In this document: positions 1 through 12,200 of the stretch, piece after piece | How positions within the stretch are numbered: position 1 is the stretch's first letter | Layout: each line of letters begins with the position of its first letter | NCBI GenBank assembly: GCA_052327205.1 | Contig: CM126227.1 | Location: forward strand, 3,844,001-3,908,000 | From: Somniosus microcephalus | Taxonomy: Eukaryota | Direction: 5' to 3' | Length of the DNA stretch: 64,000 nt | Notes under the pieces: model-generated | What the model saw: only the letters and a program-made list of their open reading frames with translations | Told to the model about the DNA's origin: nothing | The model's database searches: none | Position numbers and translations under genes: made by a program

Positions 1-1000
1 GTACTGCCCCTCCGGCAGTGCGGCGCTCCCTCAGTACTGCCCCTCCGACAGTGCGGCGCTCCCTCAGTACTGCCCCTCCGACAGTGCAGCACTCCCTCAG
101 CACTGCCCCTCCGACAGTGCGGCGCTCCCTCAGTACTGCCCCTCCGACAGTGCGGCGCTCCCTCAGTACTGCCCCTCCGACAGTGCAGCGCTCCCTCAGT
201 ACTGCCCCTCCGGCAGTGCGGCGCTCCCTCAGTACTGCCCTCCGACAGTGTGGCGCTCCCTCAGTACTGCCCCTCCGGCAGTGCGGCGCTCCCTCAGTAC
301 TGCCCCTACGACAGTGCGGCGCTCCCTCAGTACTGCCCCTCCGACAGTGCGGCGCTCCCTCAGTACTGCCCCTCCGACAGTGCGGCGCTCCCCCAGTACC
401 GCCCCTCCGACAGTGCGGTGCTCCCTCAGTACCGCCCCTCCGACAGTGCGGCGCTCCCTCAGTACCGCCCCTCCGACAGTGCGGCGCTCCCTCAGTACCG
501 CCCCTCCGACAGTGCGGCGCTCCCTCAGTACTGCCCCTCCGACAGTGCGGCGCTCCCTCAGTACCGCCCCTCCGACAGTGCGGCGCTCCCTCAGTACCGC
601 CCCTCCGACAGTGCGGCGCTCCCTCAGTACTGCCCCTCCGACAGTGCGGCGCTCCCTCAGTACCGCCCCTCCGACAGTGCGGCGCTCCCTCAGTACCGCC
701 CCTCCGACAGTGCGGCGCTCCCTCAGTACCGCCCCTCCGACAGTGCGGCGCTCCCTCAGTACAGCCCCTCCGACAGTGCGGCGCTCCCTCCGTACCGCCC
801 CTCCGACAGTGCGGCGCTCCCTCAGTACTGCCCCTCCGACAGTGCGGCGCTCCCTCAGTACCGCCCCTCCGACAGTGCGGCGCTCCCTCGGTACCGCCCC
901 TCCGACAGTGCGGCGCTCCCTCAGTACAGCCCCTCCGACAGTGCGGCGCTCCCTCCGTACCGCCCCTCCGACAGTGCGGCGCTCTCCCAGTACTGCCCTG
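1..1000. repeat. 33-bp minisatellite (CAGTACTGCCCCTCCGACAGTGCGGCGCTCCCT)n, SINE-derived
   Basis: About 30 tandem units with a 33-bp period, seen as 11-aa repeats in the ORF track. Same unit as the arrays inside the SINEs at 18.3 kb and 44.0 kb. Confidence 0.97.
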
Positions 1001-1084
1001 GTGATACTATATCCAGGCACATGGACCTGCTGCAATGCAGCCTGACACTCAAGTCCCCGTCACTACACAATCTCCCAACAATTA

Positions 1085-1572
1085 TCAACAACAACTTGCA
1101 TTTATATAGCACCTTTAACGCAGTAAAATGTCCCAAGGCGCTTCACAGGCGCGATTATCAAACAAAAGCTGACAACGAGCCACAAAGGGAGATATTAGGG
1201 CAGGTGACTGAAAGCTTGGTCAAAGAGGTAGGTTTTAAGGAGCGTCTTAAAAGAGGAGGGAGAGGTGGAGAGGCGGAGAAGTTTAGGGAGGGAATTCCAG
1301 AGCTTAAGGCCCAGGCAACAGAAGGCACGGCTGCCAATGGTGGAGCGATTAAAATCGGGGGATGCTCAAGAGGCCAGATTAGAGGAGCGCAGAGATCTCG
1401 GGGTGTTGTGGGGGCTCGAGGAGATTACAGAGATAGGGAGGGGCGAGCCCATGGAGGGATTTGAAAACAAGGCTTTGCTGAACCGGGAGCCAGTGTAGGT
1501 CAGCGAGCACAGAGGTGATGGGTGAACGGGACTTGGTGTGAGCGAGGACACGAGCAGCAGAATTTTGGATGT
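1085..1572 (-). mobile_element. L2-like LINE 3' fragment
   Basis: CAACAACTTGCATTTATATAGC tail. Homologous to copies at 19.9, 26.4, 39.0, 39.8 and 58.4-59.2 kb, whose minus strand reads like an L2 C-terminus (SPVLADLHWLPV...GGRAFS...LWNSLP). Confidence 0.75.
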
Positions 1573-1581
1573 CAGTGACTT

Positions 1582-1858
1582 TTTTTTATTCGTTCATGGG
1601 GAGTCGCTGCCAAGGCTGGCATTTATTGCCCATCCCTAGTTGCCCTTGAGAAGGTGGTGGTGAACCGCCTCTTGAACCGCTGTGGTCCATGTGGTGAGGG
1701 TACTCCCACGCTGTTAGGGAGGGATTTCCAGGATCATGACCCAGCGACGATAAAGGATCGGCGATATACTTCCAAGTCAGGATGGTGTATAACTTGGAGG
1801 GGAACTGGAGGTAGTAGTGTTCCCATGCGCCCCCTGCCTTTGTCCTTCTAGGTGGTAG
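1582..1858 (-). mobile_element. LINE 3' end sharing its tail with the SINE at 46.3-47.5 kb, interrupted by a CR1 fragment
   Basis: TTTATTGCCCATCCCTAGTTGCCCTTGAGAAGGTGGTGGTG closely matches the reverse complement of about 47165-47205. The sequence appears to resume near 2416. Confidence 0.6.
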
Positions 1859-1859
1859 A

Positions 1860-2415
1860 AGTTATGCTGCAGCTATACAAAACCCTGGTTAGACCATAGC
1901 TGGAGTAGTGTGAGCAGTTCTGGGCATCACACCGTAGGAAGGATATATTGCCCTTGGAGGGAGTGCAGCCTAGGTTTACCAGAATGATACCTGGACTCCA
2001 GGGGTTAAGTTACGAGGAGAGATTACACAAACTAGGGTTGTATTCCCTGGAATTTAGAAGGTTAAGGGGTGATTTGATCAAAGTTTTCAAGATATTAAGG
2101 GGGACAGATAGAGTAGAGAGAGAGAGAAACTATTTCCGCTGGTTGGGGAGTCTAGGACTCGGAGGTATAGTCTAAAAATTAGGACACACTTCTACACACA
2201 AAGGGTGGTTGAAATTTGGAACACTCTTCCACAAACAGCAATTGATGCTTGGTCAATTGTTAATTTTAAATCGGAGATTGATAGCTTTGTGTTAACCAAT
2301 GGTATTAAGGGATATGGGCCAAAGGTGGGTATATGGAGTTAAGTTGCAGATCAGCCATGATCTCATTGACTGGCGGAACAGGCTCAAGGGGCGGAATGGC
2401 CTCCTCCTGTTCCTG
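1860..2415 (+). mobile_element. CR1 LINE 3' fragment
   Basis: LEGVQPRFTRMIPG...LGLYSLEFRRLRGDLI motif, followed by the 3'UTR GATCAGCCATGATCTCATTGA. Confidence 0.9.
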
Positions 2416-2828
2416 TGTTGGAGGTCGTGGGTTTGGGAAGTGCTGTCGAAACTGGCTCGAGTGAAAACACCGGTGAATCGTAGAGCCAAGGGGAGAGAGA
2501 AGGAGAGATAAAAATGTGAAAGGAAAAGAAGCGAAAATAAAGAGGGTACAAGAGAGGAGAGAAGATTACGTACAAGTCACTCAGCAGTCCCCAGACACAC
2601 CTTGGGGCTCACGTTATGTTTTGGCTGTGAATCAACACCTCAGGTTTGTGACTGAAAGTCTCACACACGGGACTTGTTCAGCACTGGCCTGACACAAACC
2701 TCAACCTTTCTAACTTAGCACAGACTAACAAGGCTGTGAGTGTCGGACTCAGCCAGTTAAATGGTCCTGTTTTGATGGCAGGGCCTGTCCTTTGGGAGTA
2801 AGTGTGTGTGAAGCCAGGCGAGGCAGTT

Positions 2829-2838
2829 CTATTTATAG
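2829..2838. promoter_or_regulatory. MEF2-consensus / TATA-like site CTATTTATAG in non-repetitive DNA
   Basis: Exact match to CTA(A/T)4TAG inside the apparently unique stretch 2580-3260. Motif match only. Confidence 0.2.
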
Positions 2839-3284
2839 AGGAGGTGCCTTGTGTGGAGTCCTGCCGCCTCAGTGATTGTCAGAGCCTGAGTGTTGAGGGG
2901 GAAAGCTCGCTGAGTCTCTGCCGCTCGATTACTCACACTCAGCCACTGCCGCCCTTTACATTGATCCTCCAGCAAGCAGAGGAACGACCCACAAACTGCC
3001 GCCTCTGGTTATTTCTTTCGGGTCTTTAATGAGACCTTGAGACCGCCGCAGAATTACTGCTCGTCCCAGCGGATCAATTCAATTTTAAGACAGAACTTGC
3101 AGATTCTCAGTCCTGCCAGCCTCACATTCATACACTGAGCACTACAAATAAAATCCGGCTTAATCCTCAAGCTGCTCAGTTTATATCTTGCTTCTTTTCT
3201 TTTTGAGAAAGGGAAGAAATGTTTGTTTCCTACTGTGATCTCTGACCAACAATCGAGACGTGTGACCGGATACGACTGGATCGG

Positions 3285-3655
3285 CTGGGGTTGTTTTCTT
3301 TGGAACAGAGGAGGCTGAGGGGAGATTTAATTGAGGTGGATAAAATTGTGAGGGGCCTAGATAGAGTGGATAGAAAGGACCTATTGTGAGAGGTCAATAA
3401 CCAGGGGGCATAGATTTAAAGTCATTGGTAGAAGGATTAGAGGGGAGTTGAGGAGAACTTTTTTCACCCAGAGGGCGGTGGGGGTCTGGAACTCCCTGCC
3501 TGAAAGGATGGTAGAGGCAGAGACCCTCATCACATTTAAAAAGTACTTGGATATGCCCTGGAAGTGCCGTAGCCTACAGGGCTACAGACCAAGAGCTGGG
3601 AAGTGGGATTAGGCTGGATGGCTCTTTTTCAGCTGGCACAGACAAGATGGGCCAT
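3285..3655 (+). mobile_element. CR1 LINE 3' fragment
   Basis: GGGTTGTTTTCTTTGGAACAGAGGAGGCTGAGGGGAGATTTAA encodes the CR1 C-terminal motif GLFSLEQRRLRGDL. Confidence 0.85.
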
Positions 3656-3755
3656 AGAAACATAGAAGATAGGCACAGGAGTAGGTAATTCGACCCCACG
3701 AGCCTGCTCCGCCATTCATTGCGATCATGGCTGATCATCCAAATTCAGTACTCAC

Positions 3756-3982
3756 TGACGTAATAAAACTCACTACACACTTGGTTTGAGCATAAAGCAA
3801 GGCTTTAATCAACTTGTTTCAGAACATGGAAGTCTAGTTGTACTTCACTAGCTCCGTGTCTTACAAAATGTCCCTGGAAAGCTGGGGCCCACGCCCGAGT
3901 ATTTAAACTCCTTGGACGGCGCCACCAGCTGGCCGTCCAGCGTTATTTCATAAGTAGTTTCTTGATGATGAGATTTATAACA
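3756..3982 (-). mobile_element. Solo LTR (~227 bp), same family as 17866-18093
   Basis: TG...CA termini and reverse-complement homology to 17866-18093. It interrupts the CR1 3' end; the TSD is degraded. Confidence 0.75.
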
Positions 3983-4005
3983 CCCTGTCCCTGCTTTCTC
4001 CCCTT

Positions 4006-4703
4006 GGCCTAGAAATTCAGTCGCGTTTGCGCCCACTTATGGGCTATAGAGTGGTTTGCGCCGGAAGTTTTTTCGCGCCCGAAATTCAGTTGGTCCGTAA
4101 CATCGACGTTAGCCGGTAGCGCTGCGCCGGCACCGATGACGTCATCGGTGTGCGCAGCGCCCCGGTTCCAATGCAATTCCGGTCCGACCGCCAAATTCAG
4201 TTGCGGCCGCCTCTCCCGTGGCGGCCGCAAACAGCGTTTGCAAAACGGTGCCTTGCAGCTCCGAGAGGCCGGCGCATAAAGGTGGAGGGGCGGCCGGCCG
4301 CTTTCCCGGCGGCCGCCTGGCTGCACCTCCCTCCCCGGACTCCTGCACCACCCCCCCGCGGCATTGGTGTGTCACTCCCGCGAGCCCGGCACTTCTCCGT
4401 GGTGCCGGGCTCATTTGCCGGGGGAATCCAGCGGCGATCTCACGGCTGCAGGCAGCTCCTCCTTAAGAGAAGGAGGAGGCCTGCAGTACCCCAGCCTGCC
4501 GCACCGCATCGGGTGCCGCAGCGGCAGCTGGACGCCTGAAACTGGCATTCTTCGCCCCAAACGAGGCGGCCAAACCCTCCAATAGCGCCCGCCTCCGTGT
4601 TGGGGCGGCGCAACTGAATTTCAGGCGGGCGCTACGGGAATCCGGCCGAGCGCTAAATTTCGGGCGCTAAAGACCTGGCGGGGCTATACCTAATTTCTAG
4701 GCC
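4006..4703 (+). mobile_element. GC-rich MITE copy E1 (PIF/Harbinger-like)
   Basis: Perfect 12-bp TIR GGCCTAGAAATT...AATTTCTAGGCC. The 3-bp TSD (CTT/CAT, one mismatch) restores the CR1 sequence CTTTCTCCC-CAT-ATCCC. Confidence 0.85.
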
Positions 4704-5937
4704 CATATCCCTTGATCCCTTTAGCCTTAAGAAATATATCTAACTCCTTCTTGAATATATTTAATGAATTGGCCTCAACTGCCTTCTGTGGTAGAGAATT
4801 CCACAGGTTTACCTCTCTCTGGGTGAAGAAGTTCCTCCTCATCTCAGTCCTAAATGGCTTACCCCTTATCCTTAGACTGTGACCCCTGGTTCTGGACTCC
4901 CCTGCCATCGGGAACATCCTTCCTGCATCTAGTCTGCCTAGTCCAGTTCGAATTTTATAAGTTTCAATGAGGTCCCCTCTCATTCTTCTAAACTCTAGCG
5001 AATATAAGCCTAATCGACCCAATCTCTCTTTTTACGTCATTCCTGCCATCCCAGGTATCAGTCTGGTGAATCTTCGCTGCACTCCCTCCATGGCAAGAAC
5101 ATCCTTCCTCAGATAAGGCGACCAAAACTGCACACAATACTCAAGGTGTGGCCTCACCAAGGCCCTGTACAACTGCAGCAAGACATCCTTGCTCCTGTAC
5201 TCGAATCCTCTCGCTATGAACGCCAGCATACCATTTGCCTTCTTAACCGCATGCTACACCTGCATGCTTACCTTCAGCGACTGGTGCACAGGGACACCCA
5301 GGTCTCGTTGCACTTCCCCTTTTCTCAATCTATTGCCGTTCAGATAAAAATCTGCCTTCCTGATTTTTCCACCAAAGTGGATAACCTCGCATTTATCCAC
5401 ATTATACTGCATCTGCCATGCATCTGCCCAATCGTCCAACCTGTCCAAATTGTACTGGAGTTTCTCTGCATCCTCCTCACAGCACACATGCCCACCCAGC
5501 TTTGTGTCGTCTGCAAACTTGGAGATATTTCATCTAGTTCCCTCGTCTAGATCATTAATATATATCGTGAATAACTGGGGTCCTAGCACCGATCCCTGCG
5601 GTACCCCACTAGTCACTCCCTGCCACTTGGAAAAAGACCCGTTTATTCCAACTCTTTGCTTCCTGTCTGCCAACCAGTTCTCTATCCAAGACAGTACCTT
5701 GTCCCCAATCCCGTGTGCTTTAACTTTGCACGCTAGTCTCTTATGCGGGACCTTATCGAAATGGCCTCCTACTGTGCCGTAAATTTCGATGATTCTGTGA
5801 CCGATATTTCAATGGTGACAAAAGTAAAAACAGCAGCCAGACGTATCACAGCTCTGAGTCTGATCCTTTAACCTCTCTCACCCAGTTAACAAGCCACTCC
5901 ATCAGCTTAAAACGTTGACAGTCTACAATACTTGTGC

Positions 5938-6455
5938 AAAATGTTTTTACGCAGAGTTGTTGTGATCTGGAATGCGCTGCCTGAAAGGGCGGTGGAGGCA
6001 GATTCAATAATAACTTTCAAAGGGAATTGGATAAATACTTGATAAAGTAACAGTTGCAGAGCTCTGGGGAAAGAGCAGGAGACTTGGACTGATCAGATAG
6101 AATCTTTCAAAGAGCCAGCACAAGCACGATGGGCCAAATGGCCTCCTTCTGTGCTGTGTGATTCTAAAATAGTTTCATGGCTATTCCAAAAAGCCTGCCT
6201 TAGTGACCAGTACTGCAAAACTCCATGCTGGAGAAGTAGGAGCTGATTATTGTGGAGAGACTGGAGAAGCTGGGATTGTTCTCCTTAGAGCAGAGAAGGT
6301 TAAGGGGAGATTTAATAGAGGTGTTCAAAATCATGAGAGGATTTGATAGAGTAGATAGAGAGAAACTGTTGCCATTGGCAAGACGGTCAGTAACCAGAGG
6401 ATACAGATTTAAGGTAATTGGCAAAAAAAACAGAGGGGCGATGAGGAAAAATATT
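5938..6455 (+). mobile_element. Two short CR1 3' fragments
   Basis: 5938-6165 is a terminal part with 3'UTR. 6250-6455 reads ERLEKLGLFSLEQRRLRGDL. Confidence 0.8.
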
Positions 6456-7543
6456 TCCCTCTACACTGTCCCATCAAGCACTCCCAGGGCAGGTACAGCA
6501 CGGGTTAGATACAGAGTAAAGCTCCCTCTACACCGTCCCACCAAACACTCCCAGGGCAGGTACAGCACGGGTTAGATACAGAGTAAAGCTCCCTCTACAC
6601 TGTCCCATCAAACACTCCCAGGGCAGGTACAGCACGGGTTAGATACAGAGTAAAGCTCCCTCTACACTGTCCCATCAAACACTCCCAGGGCAGGTATGGC
6701 ACGGGTTAGATACAGAGTAAAGCTCCCTCTACACTGACCCATCAAACTCCCAGGGCAGGTACAGCACGGGGTAGATACAGAGTAAAGCTCCCTCTACACT
6801 GTCCCATCAAACACTCCCAGGGCAGGTACAGCACGGGTTAGATACAGAGTAAAGCTCCCTCTACACTGTCCCATCAAACACTCCCAGGGCAGGTACAGCA
6901 CGGGGTTAGATACAGAGTAAAGCTCCCTCTACACTGTCCCATCAAACACTCCCAGGGCAGGTACAGCATGGTTAGATACAGAGTAAAGCTCCCTCTACAC
7001 TGTCCCATCAAACACTCCCAGGGCAGGTACAGCACGGGTTAGATACAGAGTAAAGCTCCCTCTGCACTGTCCCATCAAACACTCCCAGGGCAGGTACAGC
7101 ACGGGTTAGATACAGAGTAAAGCTCCCTCTACACTGTCCCATCAAACACTCCCAGGGCAGGTACAGCACGGGGTAGATACAGAGTAAAACTCCCTCTACA
7201 CTGTCCCATCAAACACTCCCGGGGCAGGTACAGCATGGGTTAGATACAGAGTTAAGCTCCCTCTACACTGTCCCATCAAACACTCCCAGGGCAGGTACAG
7301 CACGGGTTAGATACAGAGTAAAGCTCCCTCTACACTGTCCCATCAAACACTCCCAGGGCAGGTACAGCACGGGGTAGATACAGAGTAAAGCTCCCTCTAC
7401 ACTGTCCCATCAAACACTCCCAGGGCAGGTACAGCACGGGGTAGATACAGAGTTAAGCTCCCTCTACAATGTCCCATCAAACACTCCCAGGGCAGGTACA
7501 GCACGGGGTAGATACAGAATAAAGCTCCCTCTACACTGTCCCA
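6456..7543. repeat. 67-bp tandem repeat (AGAGTAAAGCTCCCTCTACACTGTCCCATCAAACACTCCCAGGGCAGGTACAGCACGGGTTAGATAC)n
   Basis: About 16 units, period 67 bp (6511 to 6578). The same unit recurs at 56.8 kb and 62.7 kb. Confidence 0.97.
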
Positions 7544-7968
7544 ACCTCAAGAAAACATCTTGGTAAATCAATGTGACATTTTCCATCCTCTGGCCCCTCT
7601 CAGTGAGATGAGTAATTTGCTCTCCATGTTCTTTCACCCTATGCTGCTGAAGCTCTGGCCCTTGCTAGGCTGTGGGCTCCACAGGAGTTGGATACCCAAC
7701 AGTACCTTACACAGTGGCCATTCTTCCTGTCGGGGAGACAGGTGAGTCTGATCGTTTTCTCACCTAACATCAGCACACTTTCCAGCAGTTGTCACTGGAT
7801 GGTGATCAGGAATGGGAAACAGACTCATTTCCCCCATCGTGGCCCAGGGGCACTGGGATAGTCCATGTTGGGAATGGGGATCAGTATCTAGGAGTGGGAC
7901 AGACTGTGACAGGTCAGTAATTGTGTGTCCAGTGTCTGTCTCTCTCTCTCTCTGCCTCTCCATTTCCC

Positions 7969-8060
7969 GTGTCAGCTGTGGCTCAGTGGGTAGCAGTCTC
8001 GCCACTGAGTCATAACGTTGTGGGTTCAAGCCCCACTCCAGCGACTTGAGCACATAAAAT
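7969..8060 (+). mobile_element. DeuSINE 5' tRNA-like head fragment
   Basis: A box TGGCTCAGTGG and B box GGTTCAAGCCC; matches the head at 18175. Confidence 0.75.
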
Positions 8061-8814
8061 CTCTGTCTCTCTCTCTCCTTGTCTCTCTCTCCCTATCTCT
8101 CGCTCTCTCTGTCTCCGTTTCTGTCTCCCTGTCTCTCTCTCTCTGTCCCTATCTCTGTCTCCCTATTTCTCTCGCTCTCTCTATTTCTGTCTCTCTCCCT
8201 CTCTCTATCTCTGTGAATATTTGCAGTCGGAGCTCGGTACTGAGTCAGTTTGCTCCCTGTTGGCATTTGGTCTTTTTCATTTCCATCCAGTATTCATTTC
8301 TTTTGCTTCTTTTCCACTTGTGGGAATGTTAGAACAATAAATAGTGAGACCTTGTGACAGAATTGAGTGGAATAAAATTACTGAGAGAGGCTGGAGCCTG
8401 TGCATAATAGGATTGAGATGCAAACACAGGCATAATTGAACAAAATCTTTTTATAAATGAAGTTGTTTTCTTGCGAATGCCATCGCGCCGTCCTATTCAT
8501 CTCAATTTACAAACAATCTGTCCTCACAACTCTCTGCAGGCCGGGCTTGGTGGCTGCAAACAGCTGCTGAAGAGACCATTCTTTTCTCTGCTGTTTATTT
8601 AACATATCATTTAGGCCTAAATTTTCACTGATCCTTTTAAATCAGGTTCATAGATCTAATGAAGAAGTATCTCTCGAGGCTCGAGGCACATAACTCTGTG
8701 AATTTTATTCATATTGCATTGTGCTACTAGCAACTCTCTCACACACAGACGTGCGTACAGACACGCACACACGCACGTACACAGATACACAGACACACAC
8801 GTACACAGACACGC

Positions 8815-9262
8815 ACATAGGAACATGAGGAGGCCATTCAGCCCCTCGAACCTGTTCCTCCATTCAATGAGATCATGGCTGATCTGCGACCTAACTCCAT
8901 AGACCCGCCTTTGTCCCATATCCCTTAATACCATTGGTTAACGAAAAGCTATCAATCTCCGATTTAAAATTAACAATTGATCTAGCACCAATTGCTGTTT
9001 GCGGAAAAGAGTTCCAAATTTCTACCACCCTTTGTGTGTAGAAGTGTTTCCTAATTTCACTCCTGAAAGGTCTGGCTCTAATTTTTAGGCTTTGTCCCCT
9101 AGTCCGAGAATCCCCAACCAGCAGAAATAGTTTCTCTCTATCTACTCTATCAGTTCCCCTTAGTATCTTGAAAGTTTCAATCAGATCACCGTTTAACCTT
9201 CTAAATTCTAGGGAATACAGCCCTAATTTGTGTAATCTCTCCTCATACCTGAACCCATGCAC
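8815..9262 (-). mobile_element. CR1 LINE 3' fragment inserted in CA-rich sequence
   Basis: YEERLHKLGLYSLEFRRLNGDL...GIKGYG motif plus 3'UTR. Confidence 0.9.
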
Positions 9263-12200
9263 ACNNNNNNNNNNNNNNNNNNNNNNNNNNNNNNNNNNNN
9301 NNNNNNNNNNNNNNNNNNNNNNNNNNNNNNNNNNNNNNNNNNNNNNNNNNNNNNNNNNNNNNNNNNNNNNNNNNNNNNNNNNNNNNNNNNNNNNNNNNNN
9401 NNNNNNNNNNNNNNNNNNNNNNNNNNNNNNNNNNNNNNNNNNNNNNNNNNNNNNNNNNNNNNNNAGAGCCACGCACACACAGAGCCACGCACACACAGAG
9501 CCACGCACACACAGAGCCACGCACACACAGAGCCACGCACACACAGAGCCACGCACACACAGAGCCACACACACACAGAGCCACGCACACACAGAGCCAC
9601 ACACACACAGAGCCACGCACACACAGAGCCACCCACACACAGAGCCACGCACACACAGAGCCACGCACACACAGAGCCACCCACACACAGAGCCACGCAC
9701 ACACAGAGCCACGCACACACAGAGCCACGCACACACAGAGCCACGCACACACAGAGCCACGCACACACAGAGCCACCCACACACAGAGCCACGCACACAC
9801 AGAGCCACGCACACACAGAGCCACGCACACACAGAGCCACGCACACACAGAGCCACGCACACACAGAGCCACGCACACACAGAGCCACACACACACAGAG
9901 CCACACACACACAGAGCCACGCACACACAGAGCCACGCACACACAGAGCCACACACACACAGAGCCACACACACACAGAGCCACACACACAGAGCCACAC
10001 ACACACAGAGCCACACACACACAGAGCCACGCACNNNNNNNNNNNNNNNNNNNNNNNNNNNNNNNNNNNNNNNNNNNNNNNNNNNNNNNNNNNNNNNNNN
10101 NNNNNNNNNNNNNNNNNNNNNNNNNNNNNNNNNNNNNNNNNNNNNNNNNNNNNNNNNNNNNNNNAGAGCCACACACACAGAGCCACACACACACAGAGCC
10201 ACACACACACAGAGCCACACACAGAGCCACGCACACACAGAGCCACGCACNNNNNNNNNNNNNNNNNNNNNNNNNNNNNNNNNNNNNNNNNNNNNNNNNN
10301 NNNNNNNNNNNNNNNNNNNNNNNNNNNNNNNNNNNNNNNNNNNNNNNNNNNNNNNNNNNNNNNNNNNNNNNNNNNNNNNNNNNNNNNNNNNNNNNNNNNN
10401 NNNNNNNNNNNNNNAGAGCCACGCACACACAGAGCCACGCACACACAGAGCCACGCACNNNNNNNNNNNNNNNNNNNNNNNNNNNNNNNNNNNNNNNNNN
10501 NNNNNNNNNNNNNNNNNNNNNNNNNNNNNNNNNNNNNNNNNNNNNNNNNNNNNNNNNNNNNNNNNNNNNNNNNNNNNNNNNNNNNNNNNNNNNNNNNNNN
10601 NNNNNNNNNNNNNNNNNNNNNNNNNNNNNNNNNNNNNNNNNNNNNNNNNNNNNNNNNNNNNNNNNNNNNNNNNNNNNNNNNNNNNNNNNNNNNNNNNNNN
10701 NNNNNNNNNNNNNNNNNNNNNNNNNNNNNNNNNNNNAGAGCCACGCACACACAGAGCCACGCACACACAGAGCCACGCACACACAGAGCCACGCACACAC
10801 AGAGCCACACACACACACAGAGCCACACACACACAGAGCCACACACACACAGAGCCACACACACACAGAGCCACGCACACACAGAGCCACACACACACAC
10901 AGAGCCACACACACACGGAGCCACACACACACAGAGCCACACACACACAGAGCCACGCACACACAGAGCCACGCACACACAGAGCCACGCACACACAGAG
11001 CCACGCACACACAGAGCCACACACACACAGAGCCACACGCACNNNNNNNNNNNNNNNNNNNNNNNNNNNNNNNNNNNNNNNNNNNNNNNNNNNNNNNNNN
11101 NNNNNNNNNNNNNNNNNNNNNNNNNNNNNNNNNNNNNNNNNNNNNNNNNNNNNNNNNNNNNNNNNNNNNNNNNNNNNNNNNNNNNNNNNNNNNNNNNNNN
11201 NNNNNNNNNNNNNNNNNNNNNNNNNNNNNNNNNNNNNNNNNNAGAGCCACGCACACACAGAGCCACGCACACACAGAGCCACGCACACACAGAGCCACGC
11301 ACACACAGAGCCACGCACACACAGAGCCACGCACACACAGAGCCACACACACACAGAGCCACGCACACACAGAGCCACACACACACAGAGCCACGCACAC
11401 ACAGAGCCACCCACACACAGAGCCACGCACACACAGAGCCACGCACACACAGAGCCACCCACACACAGAGCCACGCACACACAGAGCCACGCACACACAG
11501 AGCCACGCACACACAGAGCCACGCACACACAGAGCCACCCACACACAGAGCCACGCACACACAGAGCCACGCACACACAGAGCCACGCACACACAGAGCC
11601 ACGCACACACAGAGCCACGCACACACAGAGCCACGCACACACAGAGCCACACACACACAGAGCCACACACACACAGAGCCACGCACACACAGAGCCACGC
11701 ACACACAGAGCCACACACACACAGAGCCACACACACACAGAGCCACACACACAGAGCCACACACACACAGAGCCACACACACACAGAGCCACGCACNNNN
11801 NNNNNNNNNNNNNNNNNNNNNNNNNNNNNNNNNNNNNNNNNNNNNNNNNNNNNNNNNNNNNNNNNNNNNNNNNNNNNNNNNNNNNNNNNNNNNNNNNNNN
11901 NNNNNNNNNNNNNNNNNNNNNNNNNNAGAGCCACACACACAGAGCCACACACACACAGAGCCACACACACACAGAGCCACACACAGAGCCACGCACACAC
12001 AGAGCCACGCACNNNNNNNNNNNNNNNNNNNNNNNNNNNNNNNNNNNNNNNNNNNNNNNNNNNNNNNNNNNNNNNNNNNNNNNNNNNNNNNNNNNNNNNN
12101 NNNNNNNNNNNNNNNNNNNNNNNNNNNNNNNNNNNNNNNNNNNNNNNNNNNNNNNNNNNNNNNNNNNNNNNNNNNNAGAGCCACGCACACACAGAGCCAC

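Larger units (their letters stand above)
3655..5760 (-). mobile_element. 5'-truncated CR1 LINE carrying a nested solo LTR and a nested MITE
   Basis: ORFs 4690-5022, 5032-5229 and 5254-5487 are CR1 RT/C-terminal pieces (RPHLEYCVQFWSP). The 3'UTR lies at 3655-3750. Confidence 0.92.

Noticed and set aside
1-1045. Mucin-like ORFs from the 33-bp repeat (also at 18.2 kb and 44.0 kb)
   Set aside because: Open in several frames on both strands, and the unit derives from a non-coding SINE.
4009-4585. Short ORFs in the GC-rich elements, or reading them as gene-promoter CpG islands
   Set aside because: Frames are not conserved between copies, and TIRs plus TSDs inside other repeats show they are insertions.
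5938-6455. Two CR1 pieces in apparently permuted order
   Set aside because: Two independent truncated copies of a very abundant family explain it equally well.
6456-7543. CRISPR-like regular spacing of the 67-, 33-, 30-, 20- and 19-bp repeats
   Set aside because: No unique spacers, no cas genes, vertebrate context.
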